The notes below the pieces were generated by a model that saw only the letters and a list, made by a program, of their open reading frames with translations, made no database searches and was not told where the DNA came from. A stretch of 64,000 bases of DNA from Octopus sinensis (Eukaryota): NCBI RefSeq assembly GCF_006345805.1, contig NC_042998.1, forward strand, positions 46,004,001 to 46,068,000. The letters run 5' to 3'. The position numbers and the translations under genes are program-made. Below, one piece after another: positions 38,766 through 51,966 of this stretch (position 1 is the stretch's first letter; each line of letters begins with the position of its first letter).

Positions 38766-39019
38766 AGAATATATATATATATCTGTGTGTATGTATGTGT
38801 GGAAAATGAACTCATAATCACAGCTGGACACATTTTTTTGTTTGATTATCAAAATATTCTGATCCTGTTTATCTGATGTTCACGTATCTAGAGTTTGTGA
38901 AATCTTGGCTTTAACACGCTCAATGGAAGGAATCGTGAGCTTTTTCTATACATGCAATTCCTGCTTTGAAATTTTCTTGAAATAAACTATGCCACATAAC
39001 TACATTTTGCATACACATA

Positions 39020-39380
<361 letters not shown>

Positions 39381-40841
39381 TTAATGATCGACCTTTCAGG
39401 ATCATATGAAAATGGAGAAAGCAGTTAGACATAACGCCAAAATTGAAGTTGAAAATGAAATACAACACCTGCATCACATAATTGCATTTTACTGTATTTT
39501 ATTAAATCTTTATCACTTTTTCCTGTTTTCTTTTTCTTTTTTTCTTTTGTATTCTCTTCATTCTGTGAGATGAGAGAATAAACATGGTTTATTTGTAAAA
39601 AAGTACTAGTTTTACTTCACGAGATAAAGATATGTTATTAACAAGACGAGACAAAAGCCATCAAGAAATTCCGTTCTGTGTAAGAATGAAGCAAAATTTT
39701 ACCAAAATCAATCAGTAGTCAAACTCTTTTATTAATTTTTTATTTTCCAGTCGTATAGTCTGTAGGTGAAATCATGTGGCCTAGTGGTTACAGTGTTGCA
39801 CACCTGATTATAAGATCATCATCATCAATCATAGGTCCAACTGTTTAACAGGAGCTGGTCAGTTGGAGAGCTGCACCAGGTTCCGATTATCTGTTTTGGC
39901 ATGGTTTCTATGGCTGGATGCCCTTCCTAACGCTAACCACATACAGAATGTACTAAGCGCTTTTTTTGCATGGAACCAGTACCAGTGATATTAGCATGAG
40001 TACTTTTAGGTGGTTTCAGCACAGGTGCTTTTTATGAAGTACCTGCACAGATGCCTATAATGTGGTGCCTGCATGGGTTCCCTTTTTACATGGCGTCAGC
40101 ATTGGTGGCACTGGCATGGGTTCTTTTTACCTATCACCAGCGCAAGTGCTTTTTACATGGCACCACCAGCCATGCACCTAGATCAGGTAGTGCATTGTGT
40201 TCTTGAGCAAAACACTTCATTTCACATTGCTCCAGTACACTCAGCTGTAATTAAATTCTGGCAATAACTGGGAAGTTAACTGTGATAGACAGGTATCCTA
40301 TCCAGGGGCAGGGGAGTGTTGTAATCTCAGTCACCTATACACCATGAAAACTAGGTTAAACTCCATCTTATGGGTCCTAGGTTGCAAGATAAACCTAAAT
40401 CTAAGTCTTATAGTCTATAGAGAAGGCAGTGTTTAGGACTCTTTATAGAGTCCCTGAGACTGGTGAGAGAGAGAGAGAAGGAAGATATCCTTACACTGGA
40501 GATGTGGCCTGAAGTGGCTTCTACTAAAGGCACCCATGTTTAGAGGTGGGCTTAAACAGGGCTATGGATTATCTCTACTCATCCAAACAGGCCATGGTGG
40601 AATTTGAGCCCAGACTGCAAAGAACTGGAACAAATATCACAAAGTATGTCTTTAAAAGTAAAGAATGACACATTGAGTTCAGTTCCAGTAAGAGTTGACT
40701 TTGCTTTCAATCCTGTGGGATTGATAAAATAAGTAGCAGCCAAGAACTAGGGATCATTAATTAGACTACATTCCCTCCCACTTTATTTGCTCATTTATTC
40801 ATTTATTTTATGTCTGTTTTCCATGCTTTGATTGGTTAAAG

Positions 40842-41115
40842 CAGTGGTTCCCAAACTTTTTTGGGCTGCTGCCTCCTTGACACTCGGTCTCATTCATCAT
40901 AGAGCTGCTGCCCCCTTGACACCCAGGCCCCACCCCAACTAACCATCACAAACATGACCTCTTTCTGAAGCAAATTCAAAGCAACTGTATTTCACAAATA
41001 AAACTTAACCTAATGAACCCATTATCACTAACCCATTATTACCCTACTTTTTACATGAATCACTACCCCATTATTGCCCCATGTTTCTTCAATGCCCCTT
41101 TGGAAATTTCCACTG
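40842..41115. mobile_element. Degenerate hAT-like MITE
   Basis: Left end CAGTGGTTCCCAAAC, right end tttggaaatttCCACTG. No intact TSD. Confidence 0.5.
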
Positions 41116-41192
41116 CCCTACTGTCCTTGTTCGTCCACTCTATGTCTAGCCCTCTGTGTGCAATAAAGAAAGAAACACAGACACACACACAC

Positions 41193-41225
<33 letters not shown>

Positions 41226-41726
41226 TTCACCAAGCTTCTTTCAGTTTCTGTCTACTCACAAGGATTTGGTTGGCCCAAAGCTATAATAGAAGACACTTTC
41301 CCAAGGCACTGCACAGTAGGGCTGAACCTGGAACCATGTGATTAAGAAACAAGCCTCTTTCCACACAGCTATGCCTGCACTATTGGTACCTTTTTTTTTT
41401 CAATTTTCCCTGGAAGAATAAAAGTTGGCTCTTTAGAAGTTTCTAGATGAAAACATAATGTAGCCATGTGAAGTGGGAATATTGGTTGTAACAATTCATA
41501 TTGTATGTACAATAACAGAAATACTGACAGCACTAACAACTTGAATTGACACCCCAGTATATGACTGGTACTTACTTTATCATTCTCAGAAAGAGGAGAG
41601 ACAAAACTGCCAATGGTTGTGTTTGAAAATGTAGAAGGTAACTAAATACTATAAATTATTTAGTTCAATGTTCTTCTGTTTCTGCTAATTCACCATTCTC
41701 ATTACTGGCACTTTGGCTATCAGTAC

Positions 41727-42235
41727 TCTATTTGTTCTTTCTTTCTTTCTTTCTTTCTTTCTTTCCTTTCTCTCCCTCTTTCTTTCTTTCTTTATTCCTT
41801 TTCTTTCTTTCTTTTTCTTTCTTCTTCTTTCTTTCTTTCTTCTTCTTTCTTCTTTTTCTTTCTTTCTGTTTTCTTTCTTCTTTTTTTTCTTTTCTTTCTT
41901 TCTTCTTCTTCTTTCTTATTTCTTTCTTCTTTCTCTCTTTCTTTTTTTCTCTTTCTTTCTTCTTTCTTTCCTTTCTTTTCTTCTCTCGTTCTTTCTTTCT
42001 TTCTTTCTCTATTCTTCTTCCTTTCCCTTCCTTCTTCTTTCTTTCTTTCTATTTCTTTTCTTTCTTTATGGTGTCTTTCTTGTCTTCTGTCTTTCCTTCT
42101 TTCTTCTTCTTTCTTTCTTTCTTTCTTTCTTCTTCCTTTCTTTTCTTTCTTTCTTTCTTTCTTTCTTCCTTTCTTTTCTTTCTTTCTTCTTTCTTTCTTT
42201 CTTTCTTTTCTTTCTTTCTTTTCTTTCTTTCTTTT

Positions 42236-42286
<51 letters not shown>

Positions 42287-42499
42287 CTCTTTCTTTCTTT
42301 CTCTATTTCTTTCTTTCTTTCTTTCTTTTCTTTCTTTCTTTCTTTCTTTCTTCTTTCCTCTATTTCTTTTCTTCCTTTCCTTCCTTCTTTCTTTCTTTCT
42401 TTCTCTATTTCTTTTCTTTCTTTCTTTCTTTCTTTCTTTCTCTTTCTTTCTCTTTCTTTTCTTTCTCTCTTTCTTTCTTTCTTTCTTTCTTTCTTCTTT

Positions 42500-42530
<31 letters not shown>

Positions 42531-42715
42531 CTATTCTTTCTTTCCTTTCTTTTCTTTCTTCTTTCTCTCTTTCTTTCTTTCTTTCCTTTCTTTCTTTCTT
42601 TCTTTCTTCTCTATTTCTTTCTTTCTTTCTTTCTTTCTTTCTCTCTTTCTTTCTTCCTTTTCTTTTCTTTTCTTTTCTTTTCTTTCTTTCTCTATTTCTT
42701 TCTTTTTTCTTTCAT
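41727..42715 (+). repeat. ~1-kb degenerate (TTTC)n polypyrimidine tract
   Basis: Almost exclusively T/C on the + strand. It produces the artefactual F/L/S ORFs. Confidence 0.97.
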
Positions 42716-42821
42716 TCACTAGGTGTGCCTTCACATTACACTCTTTTAACTCGATTCATTACCATGTAATGAATATACTTAATTTAAATTCCGTTATAAA
42801 TTTCACAAAATTTTATTGATT

Positions 42822-42868
<47 letters not shown>

Positions 42869-43944
42869 TATATAGGAAAATATTCTGCTGGGAAAATATA
42901 TTCTTTCTTGGAAATATAATTTAGCATGAAAGTTGTACTAATTGCTATTATTATGAACATTATCTTTAGCAGTCAATATCAAGTAACCGAAGAGATTCAT
43001 TGCTGGTTATTAGCAAGAAGGTGTTGGCTCCACCAGTCTAAAGGATTTATTAGATTTGGTCATCAGCAAAGCACAAATGGTTCGTTGAGAGAGAAAATCA
43101 ATTAGGCTCATTCTCTCTTTCTCTCTCTCTGATACAGACACACACACACATGTACTTACATACACACATACATACATACATACGTACATATATATATATA
43201 TACATACACTCACATAGACATATATACATACACATATACATATACTTATGTGTGTATGCATTTATATACATCCCTACTACCTTTTTCTATCTGGATTTTG
43301 TCAATATTAAGATTGCACTTCTGTAACCATGATGTAATTCTGTGTCCATGCATACGTATGATATGTATGCACATAGCTGATCTTTTTTTTTTTTGAGTCA
43401 GCCATTTAAAAATGGATAGCCTCAAAGATAAAGGTATATATTTTCTTTTTTCGCAGCATTAACAGACTGTCAGAATTGTATATTGATGGCTTATTTATTT
43501 GCAAGGCCATTTGCTTCTAACACCTTTTACTTGTTTAAACAATAAAAAATGCTGGTCAAAACATAGACACAAAAAGCATGAGCACAGCCAAATCTATCTC
43601 TCTCATCACACTCTGCTGTCTCCAAAAGGAAAAGACATATTAAGTTCAGATTCCTGACAGGATCTGAGGTTGATTTTGCTTTCAATCCAGTGCAGTTGAT
43701 AACATAAGTAGCAGCCAAGTATTAAGGATGATTAAATTGACTACATTCTTTCTCCACCAAATTTTGTGGCCTTGTTTTACTTAGAAATTCATTTGTTTCT
43801 TCATTTGTTCAATTTAGATCTGTTTTCCCTGATAGAATGGGTTAGATCAGAAGTGGGGAAAGTGCAGCGGGCAAAAATTTCCAAAGTAAAAGGTCTGCGG
43901 GCGGATCACAAGTTCTAACTCTTATGTTGTGTAAATCTTGTATA

Positions 43945-44427
43945 CCGTAAATCCTCCAGTATAGTTTGCCCTTGAATATAATACACAGGGGATTTCTAGG
44001 GGGCTGTACCTCTGAAAAACCTAAACCTTGTGTATAATACGCACCCCTTCTCTAACTTGAGTCAAGGAGGTCTATATAACGTCCTTTATTATTATTGTAT
44101 ATATATAACATAATCCAAATGTGTAGCTTTTTCGTGCATTTTGTTTGGAGAAAATAAAGAAATAACAGTAATAATGTTTAATAAATGTTGCTTACTGCAA
44201 GTTATGGATGATTCTTTTATGACTTCATTGCTTTCAGGCTTAGCTGAAGGTATTTTCGCGCCTGACATCACAAAATGCGTCTGAATAAACATTGCCAGAC
44301 AGAAAATAGAGACTCAGACATTGCTTAGAAAATAATTTTCATTTTTAACCTTGTATATAGTACGCACTAGAGATTTTGACCTTTAAATTTTGGGAAAAAA
44401 GTGCGGATTATACTTGAGGATTTACAG
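43945..44427. mobile_element. pogo/Tigger-like MITE
   Basis: TA|ccgtaaatcctccagtata ... tatacttgaggatttacag|TA. Confidence 0.85.
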
Positions 44428-44675
44428 TATATATGTATGTATAATTCAAGACACATTAATAAAGATAAGTTTAAGACATTAAATTAACATGTAACATTTT
44501 CATTAACCTTGTTACTGAATTTAGGATGTTTTATATTATCTATGAGGTGTTCTATATTTTTCAGTTAGAGTGTAGTTGAGTCTCAAGTGGGGTGGTACAA
44601 ACATAACAGTATGTCGTTTTATAGTGAAAACAAAATTTCCATTCAAATGGCAATTACTGGACAATTTTCCATTCG

Positions 44676-44903
44676 AGTCTTACTCTTTTACTTGTTTCAG
44701 TCATTTGACTGCGGCCATGCTGGAGCACTGCCTTTAATCGAGCAACTCGACCCTGGGACTTATTCTTTATAAGCCCAGTACTTATTCTATCGGTCTCTTT
44801 TGCCAAACCGCTAAGTTACGGGGACATAAACACACCAGCATCGGTTGTCAAGCGATGTTGGGGGGACAAACACAGACATACAAACATACACGCACACACA
44901 CCC

Positions 44904-44942
<39 letters not shown>

Positions 44943-45050
44943 ATATACATATATACAACGGGCTTCTTTCAGTTTCCGTCTACCAAATCCACTCACAAGG
45001 CATTGGTCAGCCCAAGTCTATAGTAGAAGACACTTGCCCAAGGTGCCACT
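44676..45050 (-). mobile_element. SINE family A lacking most of the head
   Basis: Tail and core present; stops at aaggtgccac. Confidence 0.85.
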
Positions 45051-46639
45051 GTTTTAATTTGTAGTGGAAATGTGACCTATTGTTGCAAATAGGCATACAA
45101 ATATTGTATAAATTTTATAACTGAAAAATTTACTATATTTTGTACATACAAGTATGCCAGCCTGCACCCATGGGCAGGAGCTTCCGTGCCCCTGGGTTAG
45201 ATGAATGCACATTGTTGAAGCATTGTTTTACAGCCAGATGCCCTTCCTGTTGCTTACCTATTTTTCAAATAAAAGTGTTTTTTAGTCACACAGATGCACA
45301 AGTGTACATACATGCACACACACATACATATATGACTGGCTTTGTACAGTTTCCATCTGCCAAGTTCATTTATAAGGCATTGACCAGCCTGAGATTATAG
45401 TAGAAGATACTTGCGTGATGCTCCACTGTAGAACTGAACCAAAAACACCAAGGTTGCAAACTGAACTTCTTAATCACTCAACTGAACTATTAGCATATTG
45501 GAAAAAATACTTAATGGCGGTTCTTTTGACTCTTTACATTCTGATTCCAAATACTGCTGTAGACTTTATTTTTTATCCTCTCCGTATCGATAAAATAAAA
45601 TACTAGCCAAGTACTGGAGGTCAGTGTCATTTCAGGCTTTGTGCCTATATTGGAAAGAATTATAATAATGATTTTCAAGGTGGTAATTTGGAAGATCCTT
45701 AGAACATTAGATTAGTATTTGTAGTATTTGTTCCAAATTTTTATATTTTGAGTTCAAATCCTGCTTAGGTCAGCTTTGCCTTTCACTCCCTTTAGAGTCA
45801 ATATAGTAAAGTCCCAGTTGAGCACTGAGGTCAATGCAATCGACATACACTCTCCTCTGAAATTGCTGGCCTTGTGCCAAAATTTCAAACTGTTATTAAT
45901 TTTATTATCTTTGTTGTTGTTGTTGTAATAATAATAAAAAGGTGGCAAGCTGGTAGAATCGTTAGCATGCTGGGTAAAATGCTTAGTGGAATTTCATCCA
46001 TCTTTACATTACAAGTTCAAATTCCACTCAGGTCGATTTTGCCTTTCATCCTTTTGGAGTTGATGAAGTAAGTACCAGTTGCACACTGGGATTGATATAT
46101 TTGACTTCCACCTCCCCACCCCCAAAATCAGGCCTTGTGCCTATAACAAAGAGAATTATTATTAGTGGTGTTATCATTGAGTGAGAGAGTAGCACATGCC
46201 ATCAAAGTGACACCGGAGTACAAATATATGAAGCCCAATATACCCATCATGACTGCCCATCCTATAAGGGTACACCAGGCTCATGTATCGCAACCAAATA
46301 TGTGTGACATGTTGATTTCATATCAAGATAAATAGTGCATGACCTTGCAGGTGGGGCCTGGTTAGAATTTTCTTCTGGTCTGGTAGTCCATTCAACTCAA
46401 AAGGTCCCTGAATAAGGGTTGTTTAAGGATGACGAACAAAACACTCATGTTTCCAGGAATTAATTATTCAAACTCCAAAGAATCCCTCTCAACACATGGC
46501 TATGCTGCTTCCCCGCTACTCCTGCTCATGATCAGAGATGTGCATATTGTCAGCCACTAAGGGACATGCTCAACTGGTTACAGTCAAGCAACTGACAAGC
46601 AAATCTGTGGCATTGAGAAGAATATTTAATGTAACCCAT

Positions 46640-47049
46640 ACTCTCTCTTTTACTCTTACTCTTTTACTTGTTTCAGTCATTTGACTGTGGCCATGCTGGA
46701 GCACCACCTTTAATCGAGCAACTCGACCCCGGGACTTATTCTTTTGTAAGCCCAGTACTTATTCTATCGGTCTCTTTTGCCGAACCGCTAAGTAACGGGG
46801 ACATAACACACCAGCATCGGTTGTCAAGCAATGCTAGGGGGACAAACACAGACACACAACACACCACGCATATATATACATATATACGACGGGCTTCTTT
46901 CAGTTTCCGTCTACCAAATCCACTCACAAGGCTTTGGTCGGCCCGAGGCTATAGTAGAAGACACTTGCCCAAGGTGCCATGCAGTGGGACTGAACCCAGA
47001 ACCATGTGGTTGGTAAACAAGCTACTTACCACACAGCCACTCCTGCGCC
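46640..47049 (-). mobile_element. Full-length SINE family A
   Basis: CpG-rich, near-consensus copy. Confidence 0.92.
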
Positions 47050-47186
47050 ATCTTCATTATTATTATTTGTTTTGCTGAAAAAATACACAAGGTCGAAATA
47101 CTAGTGTTCCAAAGTCACTTTACCCCAATGAACTGGTGTGCTTTGAACATCAACTTCCAATGAAGAAATTCAACAGCAGTTAACAT

Positions 47187-47599
47187 ACTCTCTTTTACTC
47201 TTTTACTTGTTTCAGTTATTTGACTGCGGCCATGCTGGAGCACTGCCTTTAGTCGAGCAAATCGACCCCAGGACTTATTCTTTGTAAGCCTAGTACTTAA
47301 TCTATCGGTCTGTTTTGCCGAACCACTAAGTGACGGGGACATAAACACACCAGCATCAGTTGTCAAGCGATGTTGAGGGAACAAACACAGACACACACAT
47401 ACACAGACACATACACACATATATATACATATATACGACTGGCTTCTTTCAGTTTCCATCTACTAAATCCACTCACAAGGCTTTGATCGGCCTGAGACTA
47501 TAGTAGAAGACACTTGCCCAAGGTGCCATGCAGTGGTACTGAACCCAGAACCATGTGGTTGGTAAGCAAGCTACTTACCACACAACCACTCCTGCGCCT
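47187..47599 (-). mobile_element. Full-length SINE family A flanked by a 76-bp direct duplication
   Basis: Flanks 47111-47186 and 47600-47675 differ at 6 of 76 positions. Confidence 0.9.
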
Positions 47600-48043
47600 A
47601 AAGTCACCTTACCCCAATGAACTGATGTGCTTTGAGCATCAACTTCCAATGAAGAAACTCAACAGCAGCTAGCATCTTAACATTGCTATCTGCTAGAATG
47701 TATTAAGAATGAATATGATAATGTCATTGCATAGATACACTATGTTTGAATAAAATAAAGAGGAAGCGCATGACTAATGCTTTTAATCACAGGCTTACCT
47801 TGATAAAGTTTACTTGTGTATAAACAATAGTAAAATGTTTATATCTTCTACAATTAGTTTGCTGAGTCTCTGGCAAGAGCACTTAACCTATTTGCCTCAC
47901 TTCACATAACTGTGTCAGAATGTATTTCAGGTTTTACCGAAAGATTTTCAGAGATAGATTGGCATCTGTTTAACATTACAAGAACTGGTGTTAAGCATTA
48001 TTAGCTTTACTGAGTTTGGTATAAGGATTAAGAAATTATATTC

Positions 48044-48666
48044 AGTCACTATTTGGTCCAAAAAGGGTTCATTCCTGAGATATGACTGCAAAGAAAAGCA
48101 CATGTTCACTCTCTGCGTGTGATTAGACTTGGAAAGTTTGTGAAGAACCTATTGACCCAATTTGCTGAATCTTTTGATGGCACACAGGTGTTGATGGACA
48201 GATGACTGACCAAATCCAAGCTTTTCCACTAGTTCCTCAACAGTTACAATGGGATTTTGTTCCACCAAGGTTTGCAGGACGTCCTCGTCAAGTTCTGCAG
48301 ATCTTCCAGAATGAGGCTTGTTTTCTAGGCTGTAGTTTCTGGCTCAGAATTACTGAAACCACTGTTGACACTGGCTTATGATTATTGTCCGATCCCCATA
48401 GACTGCATTAATATTTCTCACACTTTTCATTGCCTTGTTATGTTTATTGAACTCATAAAGCAAAATATGTTGAATATGCTCCTTTGTCACTTCCATTATA
48501 GCTTTGAAAAAATAACTGTTAAAATCAAACTGCACTAAGAATAAGGACAAGGTAAAATTACTACCTGCTTTTATAGCAAGTTGACGCAGGTAGTTTACCT
48601 CATCCCCCTCTGATGTTTAGTTCATGCAATTGAAAAAAATCCACATTATTGATGGGATGACCCAAT
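48044..48666 (-). mobile_element. Mariner 5' half (Hsmar1/cecropia-like)
   Basis: End tattgggtcatcccatcaataatg. MEVTKEHIQHILLYEFNK, CQQWF, LVEQNPIVTVEELVEKL, EPFLDQIVT. Confidence 0.85.
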
Positions 48667-48741
48667 ATATATGTATATGCGTGTGTGTGTGTGTGTGAAT
48701 GTATGTATATATGTGTGTGTGTGTGTGAGCATGAATGTGTG

Positions 48742-48779
<38 letters not shown>

Positions 48780-48795
48780 CATATTTCTATATATA

Positions 48796-49028
48796 TATTT
48801 CTTTACTACCCACAAGGGGCCAAACACAGAGGAGACAAACAAGGACAGACAAACGGATTAAGTCGATTACATCGATCCCAGTGCGTAACTGGTACTTAAT
48901 TTATCGACCCCGAAAGGATGAAAGGCAAAGTCGACCTTGACGGAATTTGAACTCAGAACGTAACGGCAGACGAAATACGGCTACGCATTTCGCCCGGCGT
49001 GCTAACGTTTCTGCCAGCTCGCCGCCTT
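48796..49028 (-). mobile_element. Full-length young SINE family C
   Basis: ggcggcgagcTGGCAGAAACGttagc...GAGTTCAAATTCC head, with CpGs intact. Confidence 0.9.
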
Positions 49029-49466
49029 TATTTCTATATATACACACACACACACATTCATGCAAGCACGCACACACACACACACTCAGAAGCCACTGGT
49101 CAACCTGAGGCTTCAGTGAGAGTTGCCCATGCATTGAGCAGTGAGATTGAACTAAAAACCACGTGACTGTGAAGGAAACTTCTTTATCATATGACTACAC
49201 CTGCACCTAAATATATATTTAAATGTATTTTCATTTTCTCTTAATTAACTCTGGGAAAAAAAAATGTCCAACTTATTTGAAGCATGCATGCTTACTCTGT
49301 AGAATATGTGCAAAATGTTGCATGAATATGCACCAGTTTCATTGTATACAGGTTTGCAGATAATATTGCAGTTGCTAAACAACATTATCATTTAAAGGAA
49401 ACCATTCTTTGTAACCTCCGCATGTATGTGATATTGTATGTGTGTATTTGAATTAAATGTTTTAAG

Positions 49467-49513
<47 letters not shown>

Positions 49514-50172
49514 TAAAATTAAGTTTGTCTAAGTCTGTGTGTGTGTGTAGAGATACATGCAAATATGCATAATTGAATGTGTATATAGATAGGTACTGCT
49601 ATTGATGTATGAATGTATGAATGAATATATAATGAAACAAAATAAAGGAAGTGTAACAGTAAAAGAAGGGTCTTTGAACAGTATGTGCATATATGTGTGT
49701 GTGTAAACACACGCATGTGCCTGTGTGTTTGAATTGTGTGTCAAAACATGTTTCTGTATAATCAAATGGATTTTTGTTTGGCATGCATATATGTATATCC
49801 ATATATATACCTGTATATATATATAGGTGCATTTGAGCATCTCTGCCTATTCACGTTTATGTGCAAATATATGTGTATGCACACATTCACACAGCTATAC
49901 ATAAATAGTATGTTATATCACTAAGCAAGCTCTAAACCATATTTTGTTTCCATCTCATCTCTGACAATGCATCTTCCTTATACTCTTTTCTGTCTTTATA
50001 ATATTGACTTACATCTGATGTCTTATGTTTCCACACTAGCTTCTAGCTCTCTTTTCATTTGTTATATAATTTCAAGGAATCCTAAACAGACCCCACCTTT
50101 ATTTTAGAATATTTTTTTCTTTTATCTTCCTGTATTTTATGTTTATATTTTGCTCTGTGTTATTAGTGTTTT

Positions 50173-50213
<41 letters not shown>

Positions 50214-50655
50214 AATGTATGTGCCACTGTGTACATGTGTGGGAGTTTGCATGCATTTTGCTTATATATTTTACTGTTAATTTCTGTATATAGGTTTATT
50301 TGCGAGCATGAAAGACGCAGAAAGACAAACTGAAAATAAGAGAATGGTTGTAGGGAAAAGTGATACAGAGAGAGAGAGAGAGGGGCAGAGCCTGAGAAGA
50401 AGAGGGAAGGGTGGGAATTCAAGCCAACATAGCAATACATCTACATTACATTTATTACATTTCAATTACCAGACATTAGTAGTTCAGAATTAAGATTATG
50501 ATAGATTTGATTTAGGTGGTGGAGGGAGATATTGTGGTAGTGGTGGTGGTGGTGGCAGTGGTGATAATAGGGAGGCAGACTTAAGATTCAGAAACAAAGA
50601 TTTATCCTTCTCTTCATCAAAAACATTGCTGATAAAAATTACCTTTGTTTATATA

Positions 50656-50958
50656 TCATCATCATCATCATCATCATCATTTAGCGTCCGTTTTCCATGC
50701 TAGCATGGGTTGGACGGTTCTACTGGGGTCTGTGAAGCCAGAAGGCTTCATCAGGCCCAGTCAAATCTGGCAGTGTTTCTACGGCTGGATGCCCTTCCTA
50801 ACGCCAACCACTCCGTGAGTGTAGTGGGTACTTTTTACGTGCCACCCGCACTGGTGCCAGACAGAGCTGGCAAACGGCCACGAACGGATGGTGCTTTTTA
50901 TGTGCCACCGGCACGAGGGCCAGGCGAGGCTGGCAACGAGGGCCAGGCGAGGCTGGCA
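50656..50958 (-). mobile_element. RTE 3' UTR fragment
   Basis: (CAT)n start and homology to 33850-34283. Confidence 0.82.
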
Positions 50959-51634
50959 AATATATATATATATTATTTATTCTTGAAGCTGTTTCCTTTG
51001 TTTCGTATTGAAAATGAACCAAATTTAAGAAAACACAAACCATGTAAAATAGGGATAGTTACTAAGACAATAAATCTTTTCCAAATTGAAGGGTAAGAGT
51101 TTCTAGTTTATACCAAGTGTTAAGTAGATGAGAAATAAATATTCTTTGGGATATGATGCTGGTAGTCTACTGCATGTAATTTTCTAAGACTGAGATAAGG
51201 ATACCATCTCAGGGTTGTAAGCTATTTAGTTGCCTATAGTGGTTGAGTATACCTCTCTATGGCTTATATTTATAGTTAGGTGTTCTGGGATATTGTAACC
51301 TAAGTATTTTTACCCCGTGACACATTACCATGCCAGTGACAAAATATAAGCTGTTGACTTCTTTGGCTGCTAAACAGACCCCACTGTGGACACAGTTTAA
51401 GCAGTGAGAAAGCCTCTATGTGGTTGTTCAATCTCTAGAAATAGCAGCCAATTCTCCATTAAACCACACCATTATTTGATGGGAAAAAGGAAAAAGCACA
51501 TTGGATAATGATGGCCTTGCTTGATACACCATATCTGAATAAAAGACTGAATGGTCGCTACTGGAATGTCCTTTGATCATAGGTCTGTTTGATCAGGGCT
51601 GGACTTGGGTTTGAAACATTGACCTCATATAATG

Positions 51635-51678
<44 letters not shown>

Positions 51679-51908
51679 TATTTGTTCTGTTTGCTTTCTC
51701 TTTCTTTCTTTCTTTTTTTCTTTCTTTCTTTTTCTTGTTTTAATCATTGGACTGTGATCTTGCTGAGGCACCACCTTGAGGGGTTTTAGTCAAATAAATT
51801 AGCCTTTACTTATTCTTTTTTAAAGTCTGGTAATTATTCTATAGGTCTCTTTTGCTGAACTAACAGGGACATAAACAAACCAACATTGGTTGTTAAACAA
51901 TTGAGGGG

Positions 51909-51966
<58 letters not shown>

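Noticed and set aside
41713-42819. 368-aa and 345-aa F/L/S-rich ORFs resembling membrane proteins
   Set aside because: Translations of the (TTTC)n tract, which cannot contain stop codons.
44238-44249. 12-nt microexon candidate (tttcag|GCTTAGCTGAAG|gtattt)
   Set aside because: Lies inside the pogo-like MITE and has no other support.
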